The notes beneath the pieces are model-generated. The model saw only the letters and a list, made by a program, of their open reading frames with translations, did no database searches and was not told where the DNA came from. The position numbers and the translations under genes are program-made. Positions 38,482-47,797 of a DNA stretch of 64,000 bases are shown here, in pieces. Source of the stretch: Nitrospirota bacterium (lineage in GTDB: Bacteria > Nitrospirota > Nitrospiria > 2-01-FULL-66-17); contig JBMOMC010000001.1 in assembly GCA_049325335.1 (NCBI GenBank), positions 32,001-96,000 on the forward strand. Direction: 5' to 3'. Within the stretch, counting starts at the first letter, position 1. Each line of letters starts with the position of its first letter.

Positions 38482-39279
38482 CACAAGTTCACGAACATTT
38501 ACGTCAAACTCTCGTTCAAGGAAAGCAATGGTTTTTGGTTGGCCATCAAGAGACGCACGCACATGTGTGGTCGTGTAGATACCCGCCTTGGCCTTCCACT
38601 TAGCCTGACCGCGATCCACAGCGGCGACCCATTTTACTGGCGCAACATATTCACAGAGTGAATTTGACTCGGCATTATCGGACATCTTCTGACAGCGGAG
38701 GCCATGACCGAGTAGCGGCTTGCCCTTAATTGCTACCTCACGTATTGGTTTGGCACGATCAGTGAGAACGCCGATTCCGACAAAGCCGTGATTCTTCAGA
38801 TAGGCCGCCACAACATCGCCTTTTTGAAACCCGAGCATTGCATCGCGCCAACGGATGCCTTGACCGGCCGAGATAAAACCAAGCTCCCTGTAATCGTCCC
38901 AGTTTCGGTGTGACCCCTCACCAACGTTGTAGTAGTAGATCCCAGACTGATAATCAAACCCCGAAAGTTCGAGGTGCATTGTGTTGTGGGGTCTGAAATT
39001 CTCCGAATAGTGCCCGGAGGAAACATTTGTCAGTTGTCGTCCAAGCTTCCATAACAACGTCTTTTCTACCAGGAACGCATCGTGTTCGGAGAGATCACGA
39101 GCGATCACGCGGATGATCGGTTTGAGCCCGGCCTTGTGTATCGCCGCGATACGGCGAGCTTTTTCCGAGTCTGACGTATCTGACAGGTGTGTGTCTTTTC
39201 GGGAGCCTCTACCCTTGCCAAAATAAAACTCTTCAAGGTTGCGAGGATCAATGTAAACGTAGACGTAGAAATTGTTCAC
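38476..39279 (-). CDS. GIY-YIG (LEM-3-like) nuclease-domain protein, cassette-like
   Basis: FYVYVY.DPR...FY.GKG.G.R, A..VE..L, LTN; lower GC; bounded by GTTATGC and GCATAAC. Confidence 0.85.
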   Translation of the reverse strand: MNNFYVYVYIDPRNLEEFYFGKGRGSRKDTHLSDTSDSEKARRIAAIHKAGLKPIIRVIARDLSEHDAFLVEKTLLWKLGRQLTNVSSGHYSENFRPHNTMHLELSGFDYQSGIYYYNVGEGSHRNWDDYRELGFISAGQGIRWRDAMLGFQKGDVVAAYLKNHGFVGIGVLTDRAKPIREVAIKGKPLLGHGLRCQKMSDNAESNSLCEYVAPVKWVAAVDRGQAKWKAKAGIYTTTHVRASLDGQPKTIAFLEREFDVNVRELVA

Positions 39280-39293
39280 GGCTTCTTCTTAGG

Positions 39294-39334
39294 GCATAAC
39301 TACAATTCGACGTCCGAATGATTTCGACAAACCC
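39294..39334 (-). other. attI-like site no. 1
   Basis: GGTTTGTCGAAATCATTCGGACGTCGAATTGTA-GTTATGC: GTTRRRY-like core plus two GTCGAA direct repeats, 14 nt before the cassette start codon. Confidence 0.6.
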
Positions 39335-39405
39335 AGCGCTCACAGCGTCCTAACCGCCCCGACGGTCCTGCGATGGGAAACATCACTCCCGTCAACAATA
39401 CAAAA

Positions 39406-39434
39406 ATATTATTTTCATTCCGAGAGCTGGTCTA
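39406..39434 (-). promoter_or_regulatory. Candidate Pc-like promoter facing attI-like site 1
   Basis: TAGACC-17-TAATAT in an AT-rich patch. Confidence 0.35.
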
Positions 39435-39518
39435 CATGGGCACACGCCCGCCAGCATACCGATTTTGCTTGGCGTGATCAACCGCGATACGCGCGGCGGA
39501 ATACGGACGGGGTGGGGC

Positions 39519-40985
39519 TTACGGCCCGACGAGGCCGGCGAAAAGCGACGCGGAGGAAACCGCCCACTCGATGAACGGGCCGGGGTAGATGCCGAGGATC
39601 ACGGTGCCGGCGAGCGTGGCGAGGACCACGGCCTGCATGGACGCGGAGACCGGGATCGGGCGGCGGTCCGTGGGTTCGTTGATGTACATCTTCTTGACGA
39701 TGACGATGTAGTAGTACATCGAGATCACGATGTTGACCAACCCCACACACACCAACGCGATCAAACCTTGTTTCATGGCCGCGGCGAACACGTAGATCTT
39801 GGCGATAAAACCCGCGAACGGCGGCACGCCCGCCAGCGAGAGCAGAAAGACCAGCATCGCGGCGGCCAGGAACGGCGCGCGGCGGGCGAGACCACGATAG
39901 TCGTCGATCTTGTCGCTGCCGGTGAGGTTCGAGAAGACGATCACCACCGCGAACGCGCCCACGTTGGCCATCAGATACGCCAGCAGGTAAAAGAGCACCG
40001 CGTTGCCGCCCATTTGGCTCCCGGCGGCCAAGCCAATCAGGATATTGCCCATCTGCGCGATGCCGGAGTACGCAAGCATGCGCTTGATGTCAGTCTGCGC
40101 GATGGCCACGATGTTGCCGTAGGTCATGGACAGGGCCGCCATGCCGATCAACAACCACACCCACTCCGGCTTGAACTGCGCGAAGGTGGAGAAGAACACG
40201 CGCAGCACGATGGCCAGGGCCGCGGCCTTGGGCGCGATACCGAGGTACGCGGTGATCGGCGTGGGCGCGCCCTGATAAATGTCGGGAATCCAGTTGTGGA
40301 ACGGCACCGCGCCGAGCTTAAAGCCCAATCCCACGACCAGGCACAGAAAGCCGATGACCAGGCCGCCGGTCAGCACCGGCTTGGCCGCCGCGATCTCCGG
40401 GAAGATGATGGTCCCGGTTTCGCCGTAGATCAGGCTGATCCCGAAGACCATGATCGCGGCGGTGAACACGCTCAGCACGAAGAACTTCAGGCCCGCTTCG
40501 CTCGAGAACAGATTGTCTTCGCGCAGATACGCCACCAGGATATAGAACCCGAACGTGGAGAACTCGATGGTGATGAACATGGTCAGCAAATCGTTGGCGG
40601 AGGCCATGAACAACATGCCCAACGCAGACAGCAGGACCATGAGGTAATACTCGCCGCGGAACAGGACGATCCGCTTGATGTAGTCGAGCGAGGCCAGCAC
40701 GATCAGGATCGTGGACAGCACCACGATGATCTTGAAGAACACGGCGAACGGGTCGAGTACGAACGTCTGCTTGAACAACGCACCCTGCACGTCGTTGCCC
40801 CACATCCACGCCAGGCTCGCGAGCACGCCGCACAACCCGACCACGGTCACCCACGCGAGCGTGTTCTTGCTGACCTTGGGAAAACTGAAGTCCACGACCA
40901 GGACCACGCAGATCAGTCCCAGAAGGAGCAGCTCCGGAAGCAGGAACAGTAGGTCGCCCCATGTAAACGCGAGCGTAAATTCCAT
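39519..40985 (-). CDS. nuoN: NADH-quinone oxidoreductase subunit N
   Basis: EAGLKFF, FKLGAVPFH.W.PD.YQGAP, KRMLAYS. Confidence 0.95.
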   Translation of the reverse strand: MEFTLAFTWGDLLFLLPELLLLGLICVVLVVDFSFPKVSKNTLAWVTVVGLCGVLASLAWMWGNDVQGALFKQTFVLDPFAVFFKIIVVLSTILIVLASLDYIKRIVLFRGEYYLMVLLSALGMLFMASANDLLTMFITIEFSTFGFYILVAYLREDNLFSSEAGLKFFVLSVFTAAIMVFGISLIYGETGTIIFPEIAAAKPVLTGGLVIGFLCLVVGLGFKLGAVPFHNWIPDIYQGAPTPITAYLGIAPKAAALAIVLRVFFSTFAQFKPEWVWLLIGMAALSMTYGNIVAIAQTDIKRMLAYSGIAQMGNILIGLAAGSQMGGNAVLFYLLAYLMANVGAFAVVIVFSNLTGSDKIDDYRGLARRAPFLAAAMLVFLLSLAGVPPFAGFIAKIYVFAAAMKQGLIALVCVGLVNIVISMYYYIVIVKKMYINEPTDRRPIPVSASMQAVVLATLAGTVILGIYPGPFIEWAVSSASLFAGLVGP

Positions 40986-40986
40986 G

Positions 40987-42603
40987 CTATCCCCCGCCTC
41001 CCGCCGAGGCCACCGCCCCGGCGGAGTGGATCTGCTCCAAAATCGGCTGCATGCCCGCGCTGATCACGTGGATGAATTGGGTGGGGAAAAGGCCGAAAAA
41101 GATCGCGAAACTGATCATAATCAGGATCGGCACACGATCCACCAATTTGGCGTCATGGGCGTGCTCCCACTTGGGATCCATGCCGCCGAGAAACAGGCCG
41201 ATGAACATGCGCAGCAGGTATCCGAGCGTGATGGTGATGCCGACCACCGCGATCACCACCTGGACCGGGTACTGGTCCCAGCTCCCGACGAACACCATCA
41301 ACTCGCCGATGAAGTTGACCGTGCCCGGCAGCCCCACCGAGGCCATGAGCCCCACCACGAACGCGCCCATGATGAACGGCATCTTCTTGCCGAGCCCACC
41401 GAGCGACGGGATATCCCTGGTGTGCGTCTGGTCGTACACATAGCCGGCCATGGAGAAGAGCATGCCGGTGGCGAGCGCGTGCGCGAACATATAGAGCACG
41501 GCGCCGGTCATGCTGATCATGTTGAGCGCGGCCATGCCCAGGAAGATGTAGCCCATGTGGCTGGAGCTGGAATAGCCGATCACGTACTTGGTGTCGCGCT
41601 GGAAAAACGCGACCAGTCCGCCGTAGATGATCGAGAACACGCACAGGATCGCGATCAGCCACGCCCACTCGGCCGTGGTCTGGGGGAACAACCAGTACCC
41701 CACGCGGATGATCGAGAAATGCCCCAGCTTCATCAACACGCCCGCGTGCAGCATGGATACCGCGGCGGGCGCGGCCGCGTGGCCCACCGGCGACCACGAG
41801 TGCATGGGCCACAAGGGCGCGATCGACGCGAACCCGAAGAACAACATCAGCCAGATCGCGCTGCGCATCACCGGGGAGAACTTGTCTTCGTGGCCTTGCA
41901 GCTCGATCAGGTTGAACGTGTTCAGCCCGGTGCCTACGTAGGTCAGGAAGATGCCCAACAATGCCACCACGGCCCCGGCCGACAGGAACAACGTCAGCTT
42001 CATGGCCGCGTACTCTTTACTATTGGAGCCGAAGTTGAAGATAAAGCCCACGGAGTCGCGCTTGGCCGTGTCCTTCATCTCCAGGTAGCCCTTAGTGTGG
42101 CTGCCCCAGATACCCAGCAGCGGGTACATCGGCACCACGGACATTTCATAGAAGAAGTACAGGAAGAACAGATCGAGCGAGACATAGACGCCGATGGTGG
42201 CGGACGCGAGAATCAGCAGGAAGATGTAGAACTCGCGCGCGCGGTCCTCGATATGCCACGACACGAACACCCCGGCGAACAGCAATAATGACGAAGCCAG
42301 CACCAACGGCACGGACATGCCGTCCACGCCCAGGAAGAACGAGATTCCTATGTCCTTGGACCACTCGTACTGTTCGAGGAACTGAAACTGCGCCGACCCC
42401 GTCGCGTAGTTGAACGCGTACAGCAGGTAGATCGACGCGGCGAACGACACCCCGCTCGCGCCAGCCGCGATCCCGCGAATGGCCGCGAGGTTCTTGCCGT
42501 CCACGAACAGCAGCACCGCCGCGCCCACGAACGGTGCGAATAGAATGATCGACAACAGGTGCGGGTCGACGATCGACGCCAGATACTGGCTGATGGCGAG
42601 CAT
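40987..42603 (-). CDS. nuoM: Complex I subunit M, second copy (M2)
   Basis: LGVDG.S, FFYE, PMHSWSP..H, LMKLG, YSS.SH; has a loop insertion. Confidence 0.9.
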   Translation of the reverse strand: MLAISQYLASIVDPHLLSIILFAPFVGAAVLLFVDGKNLAAIRGIAAGASGVSFAASIYLLYAFNYATGSAQFQFLEQYEWSKDIGISFFLGVDGMSVPLVLASSLLLFAGVFVSWHIEDRAREFYIFLLILASATIGVYVSLDLFFLYFFYEMSVVPMYPLLGIWGSHTKGYLEMKDTAKRDSVGFIFNFGSNSKEYAAMKLTLFLSAGAVVALLGIFLTYVGTGLNTFNLIELQGHEDKFSPVMRSAIWLMLFFGFASIAPLWPMHSWSPVGHAAAPAAVSMLHAGVLMKLGHFSIIRVGYWLFPQTTAEWAWLIAILCVFSIIYGGLVAFFQRDTKYVIGYSSSSHMGYIFLGMAALNMISMTGAVLYMFAHALATGMLFSMAGYVYDQTHTRDIPSLGGLGKKMPFIMGAFVVGLMASVGLPGTVNFIGELMVFVGSWDQYPVQVVIAVVGITITLGYLLRMFIGLFLGGMDPKWEHAHDAKLVDRVPILIMISFAIFFGLFPTQFIHVISAGMQPILEQIHSAGAVASAGGGG

Positions 42604-44225
42604 CAGGGCGCTCCCTCACCATCGCCGTGCGCCGCGGGCACGGACTCGGGCGGCGCCTGGTGCGGGTTCAGGCTCGCGTCAAGCGGCATGGACATCTGTC
42701 CCGGGGGTTGGAGCCTCGCGTGCAATGCCTCGACCGAGCCGTTGATCCGGTGCAGGAACGGCGACGGATAGACCCCAATCCAGAACACCAACGCCACCAA
42801 CGGCAGCGTGATCGCCAGTTCCCGACGGTTCAGATCCGGCAGCCGCTCGTTGATCGGGTTGGTTACGGGCCCGAAGATCGCGCGCTCGTAAAACCACAAC
42901 ATGTACGCCGCGCCCAGGATCACCCCTAGCACGCCGACCGCGCCGTACACCCAGTGCGCCTTGAACGCGCCCAGCAGGATCAGGAACTCGCCGATAAACC
43001 CGTTGGTACCCGGCAGCCCGATCGACGAGAAGATCATGATCAAGAAGAACGTGGCCAACAACGGCATGGTCTTGGCCAGACCGCCGAACTCCGCAATAGT
43101 CAACGTTCGACGACGCGTATAGAGAAATCCCGCGAAGAAGAACAGGCCGGCGGTGCTGATCCCGAGGTTGATCATCTGGATCAACCCGCCCTGGATACCT
43201 TGGTACGTGAGCGCGAAGATGCCGACGGCCACGTATCCCAGGTGGCTGATCGACGAATACGCCAAAAGCTTTCGGAAATCGGCCTGCATGATCGCGATGT
43301 ACGCGCCGTACAGAATCCCGATTAGCCCCAGCCACATCATGATCGGCAGCGCGGCGCGGGCCGCGTCCGGCGCCAGCGGGATCGAGTAGCGCACGAACCC
43401 GAAGGTGCCGAGTTTGACCCCGGCCAGGATCACGCTCATGGCGATCGGTCCGGAGTACAACGCGTTGGGCATCCAGGTGTGGAACGGAATGATGGGCGTC
43501 TTGAACGCGAACCCGAAGAACAGAAACACAAAGACGGCGATCTGCACCTCGAGCGGCATGAAGGCGCGCGTGCGCATCAGGTCCAGCAGATCGAACGACA
43601 GCGCGGACCCCATGCCGTGGAACGACGCGAAGTTCCAGTGCTGGAGGTACAAGATCACGATGCCCACCAACATCAGCACGCTGCCGAGCAATGTGTAGAC
43701 CACGTATTTGACCGCCGCGTACTCGCGCCCTTCCGTGCCCCAAAGCCGGATCATGAAGTACGACGGGACCAGCATCAACTCCCAGAACACGAAGAACAAC
43801 ACCATGTCCAGCGACACGAATACGCCGAGCATGGTGGTTTGCAGCGCAAACAGGGCCATCAAGAACCCGCGGACCCGCTCCGTGATCACGCCGTAGGAGT
43901 AGCCCAGGATCAACAGGCCCAGCAACGTGGTCAACACCACGAACAACATACTGATGCCGTCCACGCCCACGTGGTAGCTGATGCCGATGCTGGGAATCCA
44001 CTGGTACTGTTCCACGAACTGCAGGGCCGAGGAATCGAGCGTGAACGCGGTAAACAACGGGATGCTGACCAGAAAATCCACGGCCGCCACCGCGAACCCC
44101 ACCTTCCACGCCAAGGCCTCGTCGCGCAATATCCAGATCACCAGCGCCCCCAGCAACGGGAGGAACGTGACGATGGTGAGGATCGGAAACCCGATCTGCT
44201 GATCCGCGAAGACCTGTTCCATCAT
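42603..44225 (-). CDS. nuoM: Complex I subunit M, first copy (M1)
   Basis: GVDGIS, FWE, PFHTW.P, LLAYSSISH, GLPGTNGFIGE; start trimmed to the ATGA overlap with nuoL. Confidence 0.93.
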   Translation of the reverse strand: MMEQVFADQQIGFPILTIVTFLPLLGALVIWILRDEALAWKVGFAVAAVDFLVSIPLFTAFTLDSSALQFVEQYQWIPSIGISYHVGVDGISMLFVVLTTLLGLLILGYSYGVITERVRGFLMALFALQTTMLGVFVSLDMVLFFVFWELMLVPSYFMIRLWGTEGREYAAVKYVVYTLLGSVLMLVGIVILYLQHWNFASFHGMGSALSFDLLDLMRTRAFMPLEVQIAVFVFLFFGFAFKTPIIPFHTWMPNALYSGPIAMSVILAGVKLGTFGFVRYSIPLAPDAARAALPIMMWLGLIGILYGAYIAIMQADFRKLLAYSSISHLGYVAVGIFALTYQGIQGGLIQMINLGISTAGLFFFAGFLYTRRRTLTIAEFGGLAKTMPLLATFFLIMIFSSIGLPGTNGFIGEFLILLGAFKAHWVYGAVGVLGVILGAAYMLWFYERAIFGPVTNPINERLPDLNRRELAITLPLVALVFWIGVYPSPFLHRINGSVEALHARLQPPGQMSMPLDASLNPHQAPPESVPAAHGDGEGAP

Positions 44226-46213
44226 CGCTGCGCCATCAAACTGGACACGTCGCCCCCGGTCCACCACCAGAACACGTACGCCAAAATCGCGAGACCGATG
44301 ACGATGATCAGCGCGTAGTGGTGCACGAACCCGGTCTGGAGCCGGCGGAACGCGCGCGCGCCCAAGTGGTTCGAGTAGCCGATCACGTTCAAGAACGCGT
44401 ACAGCACGTATTTCTCGATCCAGGTGGAGAGCCACGCTCCACCCTGCGCGGTGGTAGCCACGCCCCGCACCAGGCCGTCGATCACCGTGTTGTCGAACCA
44501 GGCCCAGGCCTGGCTCACACGTTTGGACGGCTCGACCACCAACCAATCGTACAGTTCATCCACCCAGTACTTGTTGAGCAGCAGCCGGTGCGCGCTCCGA
44601 TACTTCTCGCCCCAGGCCTGAGCCATGTCTGGCCTGCGCACGTACATGCTGTACGCGAGCCACCACCCGGCGATCGCAATGAGCACCGACGCGCCCATCA
44701 ACACAATGTCCACCATGCCGAAATGGTGCGCTTCCCCGCCGTGCGGTGCGGCCACCGGCGCGAGGAAGTGGTGGAGCAGGCCGCTTTCCGGGGGCACCCC
44801 GAGGACCAGGCCGCCCAGCAGGGACAGGCCGGCGAGGATCATCAACGGCACGGTCATGACTTTTGGCGACTCGTGCACGTGGTGCGCCACGTGCGGATCC
44901 ATCCGCGTGGTGCCGGTGAACGTCAGGTAGAACAGACGGAACATGTAGAACGACGTCAGGAACGCGCCGGTCATGCCGATCAACCACAACACCTGATGAT
45001 CGCCCTTGTACGCCATGCCCAGAATTTCGTCCTTGCTCCAGAATCCCGCCAACGGCGGCAGGCCCGCGATCGCGACCGTGCCGACCAGGAACGTGGCCGT
45101 AGTGACCGGAATTTCGGCCTTCAACCCGCCCATCTTGCGAATGTCCTGCTCCCCACCCAGTGCGTGGATGACGCTGCCCGATCCGAGGAACAGGAGCGCC
45201 TTAAAAAATGCGTGCGTGACCAAGTGAAAGATCGCCGCGGTGTACGCGCCCACCCCGCAGCCCAGGAACATGTACCCGAGCTGACTGACCGTGGAGTATG
45301 CGAGCACGCGTTTGATGTCGGTCTGCACCAGGCCGATGGTGGCGGCAAAGATCGCGGTGATCCCGCCGATCACCCCCACCACCGCCAACGCGGTGGGCGC
45401 CAGGTCGTAGATCGCGTGGTTGCGGACGACCATGTACACGCCCGCCGTAACCATGGTGGCGGCGTGGATGAGCGCGCTGACCGGCGTGGGACCTTCCATC
45501 GCGTCCGGCAACCATGTGTACAACGGAATCTGCGCGGATTTGCCGATCGCGCCGATGAACAGGCACAGGGCAATCGCGGTAGCCATGCCCTCGGAGAGTT
45601 CGTGCGCACGGTCGAAAACTTCCACATAATTGAGCGTGCCGAATTCCTGGATGACCAGGAAGATCGCGATCAAAAACCCCGCATCCCCGATTCGGTTCAC
45701 CACGAACGCCTTGGTGCCCGCTTTGACGGCCGAGGGCTTGTCGAAGTAGTATGCGATCAACAGGTACGAACACAGGCCCACGCCCTCCCACCCGATGAAC
45801 AGGACCAGGAAGTTGTCCCCCATCACCAGCAGGAGCATGGAGACCATGAACAGGTTCAGGTACGTGAAGAACCGGTAGTACCCCGGGTCCCCGTGCATGT
45901 AGCCGATCGAATAGATGTGGATCAGCAACCCCACGCCCGTCACCACCATCAGCATCACGGCCGAAAGCGGGTCGATCAGAAATCCGAGATGGATGTCCAA
46001 TCCGCCGCCGAAGATCCACGAATACACCGGCACGGAAATCGGCGAGTCGCCGCCCATGACGCGCAGCAACAACGAGATCGACAACACGAACGCGATCGCC
46101 ACCGACCCGACCGCGAAATAGTGTGACGCCTCTTTGAGGTACTTGCGGCCGAACAGGCTGTTGACCAGAACGGCCAACAACGGAAGCAAGGGAATGAGAA
46201 CGACAGAAAGCAT
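44222..46213 (-). CDS. nuoL: Complex I subunit L with an extended amphipathic helix
   Basis: GWEGVG, NRIGD, GKSAQ.PL..WLPDAMEGPTPVSALIHAATMV, THAFFK. Confidence 0.97.
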   Translation of the reverse strand: MLSVVLIPLLPLLAVLVNSLFGRKYLKEASHYFAVGSVAIAFVLSISLLLRVMGGDSPISVPVYSWIFGGGLDIHLGFLIDPLSAVMLMVVTGVGLLIHIYSIGYMHGDPGYYRFFTYLNLFMVSMLLLVMGDNFLVLFIGWEGVGLCSYLLIAYYFDKPSAVKAGTKAFVVNRIGDAGFLIAIFLVIQEFGTLNYVEVFDRAHELSEGMATAIALCLFIGAIGKSAQIPLYTWLPDAMEGPTPVSALIHAATMVTAGVYMVVRNHAIYDLAPTALAVVGVIGGITAIFAATIGLVQTDIKRVLAYSTVSQLGYMFLGCGVGAYTAAIFHLVTHAFFKALLFLGSGSVIHALGGEQDIRKMGGLKAEIPVTTATFLVGTVAIAGLPPLAGFWSKDEILGMAYKGDHQVLWLIGMTGAFLTSFYMFRLFYLTFTGTTRMDPHVAHHVHESPKVMTVPLMILAGLSLLGGLVLGVPPESGLLHHFLAPVAAPHGGEAHHFGMVDIVLMGASVLIAIAGWWLAYSMYVRRPDMAQAWGEKYRSAHRLLLNKYWVDELYDWLVVEPSKRVSQAWAWFDNTVIDGLVRGVATTAQGGAWLSTWIEKYVLYAFLNVIGYSNHLGARAFRRLQTGFVHHYALIIVIGLAILAYVFWWWTGGDVSSLMAQR

Positions 46214-46236
46214 CTAAGTGCGGGGGCGGACGGACA

Positions 46237-46542
46237 TCACCATTTCAATAGATTGATTTGATCGACATTCGTGGCGATCTTGCCGCGGAAAATGACCACG
46301 ATAATCGCGAGTCCCACCGCGGCTTCGCCCGCCGCGATCGCGATCGTGAACAAGGCCACCATCTGGCCGGTGAGCGAGTGCAGGTGGTGCGAGAACGCCA
46401 CCAGGTTCAGGTTCGCGGCGTTGAGCATCATTTCCACGGCCATGAGCACGATGATGAAGTTGCGTCGGATCAACACGCCCAGCAGTCCGAGGGAGAAGAT
46501 GATCGTGCTGACCACGAGGTAATGAGTGAGCGTGATCTCCAT
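46237..46542 (-). CDS. nuoK: Complex I subunit K
   Basis: RRN, E.MLNA, AAGEAAVGLAI. Confidence 0.96.
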   Translation of the reverse strand: MEITLTHYLVVSTIIFSLGLLGVLIRRNFIIVLMAVEMMLNAANLNLVAFSHHLHSLTGQMVALFTIAIAAGEAAVGLAIIVVIFRGKIATNVDQINLLKW

Positions 46543-47162
46543 CAGTGGCCGTGGCCTCCGTGGTGCGCCCCCACGGTTTCCACCGGCGCCTCGGGCTCGG
46601 GACCCGGCGCGCCGTTGCCATTGCCCGCGTCGGTCGCGGAAGGCTCAGCCGGGCGGCCCGCCATCGCGGGCGTCTTGGCGAGCACGATCGCGCCCACGAT
46701 CGCGGCCAACAAATAGATGCCGATCAACTCGAACGGCAACAGGTAGTCCCGGAACATCACGATGCCGATGGCCTTGGTCTGGCCCACGCCCAACACCACT
46801 TCGGGCGTGGCCTCGCCGGTCAGCCCGGCGTACGGCGAGCGTAATAGGAGCACGGCCGCCTGCGCGATGATGGCGATCGTGATCAAGCCGATCCCGATGT
46901 AGCGCTTGTGAAAGACGCGCTCGTCGGTCTTGAGGTTCAATAGCATGATCACGAACAGGTACAGGACCAGGATCGCGCCCGCGTACACGATCACCTGCAC
47001 CGCGGCGATGAACTCCGCGTTGAGCAACACGAAGAACCCGGCCATATGCACGAGCATCGCCACCAGCGCCAGCCCGCAGTGCACGGGGCTGCGCAGCGTA
47101 ATGGTCAACACGCCGGACACGATGGTCACCGCGGCAAGGTAATAAAACGCGAGCGCGGTCAC
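46542..47162 (-). CDS. nuoJ: Complex I subunit J
   Basis: AEFIAAVQVIVYAGAILVL, YLLPFE. Confidence 0.95.
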   Translation of the reverse strand: MTALAFYYLAAVTIVSGVLTITLRSPVHCGLALVAMLVHMAGFFVLLNAEFIAAVQVIVYAGAILVLYLFVIMLLNLKTDERVFHKRYIGIGLITIAIIAQAAVLLLRSPYAGLTGEATPEVVLGVGQTKAIGIVMFRDYLLPFELIGIYLLAAIVGAIVLAKTPAMAGRPAEPSATDAGNGNGAPGPEPEAPVETVGAHHGGHGH

Positions 47163-47167
47163 TCCGA

Positions 47168-47719
47168 TCAGCCCTTCCTCGACGGCGCGTGGGGGAATTT
47201 ATAGCGATACTGCCGGGCGGCCTCGTCGCTCTCCTCCTGGTGATGGGACACCAGGTAGCTCTTGGCCTCGGCGTGGAGTTGATCGCCGATCTGATAGAGC
47301 CGGTCCTTATCGAACATCAAATCGCGCTTGTTCATGGTGGAGAACTCGTACATCTTGGTCATGGCCAACGCGTTGACCGGACAAGCCTCCACACAAAATC
47401 CGCAAAACACGCACTTGGTGATGTCGATGTAAAATTCGGTCGCGATCCGGGTCAGCGGGGTCACGGGGTCTTCCTCGCTCACGACCTTAATGCAACGCGA
47501 GGGACACGCTGCTTCGCACAGATCGCACCCCACGCAGCGATCCTTGCCGTCCTCGTACCGCAACAGGCACAACGCGCCACGATGGGTGTCCGGGATCGCG
47601 CGCTTCTCGTGCGGGTACTGGAACGTCACGGGCTTGACGAACATGTGCTTGAACGTGGTCTTCATCCCGTCCAAAATTTCGCGCAGCACCGCCTTATCGA
47701 ACAGTTCCTTGAGCGTCAT
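47168..47719 (-). CDS. nuoI: Complex I subunit I
   Basis: T.QYP, two CxxCxxCxxxCP motifs. Confidence 0.95.
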   Translation of the reverse strand: MTLKELFDKAVLREILDGMKTTFKHMFVKPVTFQYPHEKRAIPDTHRGALCLLRYEDGKDRCVGCDLCEAACPSRCIKVVSEEDPVTPLTRIATEFYIDITKCVFCGFCVEACPVNALAMTKMYEFSTMNKRDLMFDKDRLYQIGDQLHAEAKSYLVSHHQEESDEAARQYRYKFPHAPSRKG

Positions 47720-47753
47720 GCGTTCTCTATCGGTTGACCGATCTTCCGCCTTC

Positions 47754-47777
47754 GTAGGGGCGTATGGCCATACGCCC
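47754..47777 (+). repeat. GTAG-type REP (GTAGGGGCGTATGGCCATACGCCC)
   Basis: GTAG followed by a palindrome; second copy at 62409-62436. Confidence 0.75.
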
Positions 47778-47797
47778 GCCTTGGTCCGACCACGTCC

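Noticed and set aside
33573..39460. Prophage or tRNA-integrated island
   Set aside because: No integrase, phage structural genes or tRNA seen; the direct repeat is a protein-gene 5' end
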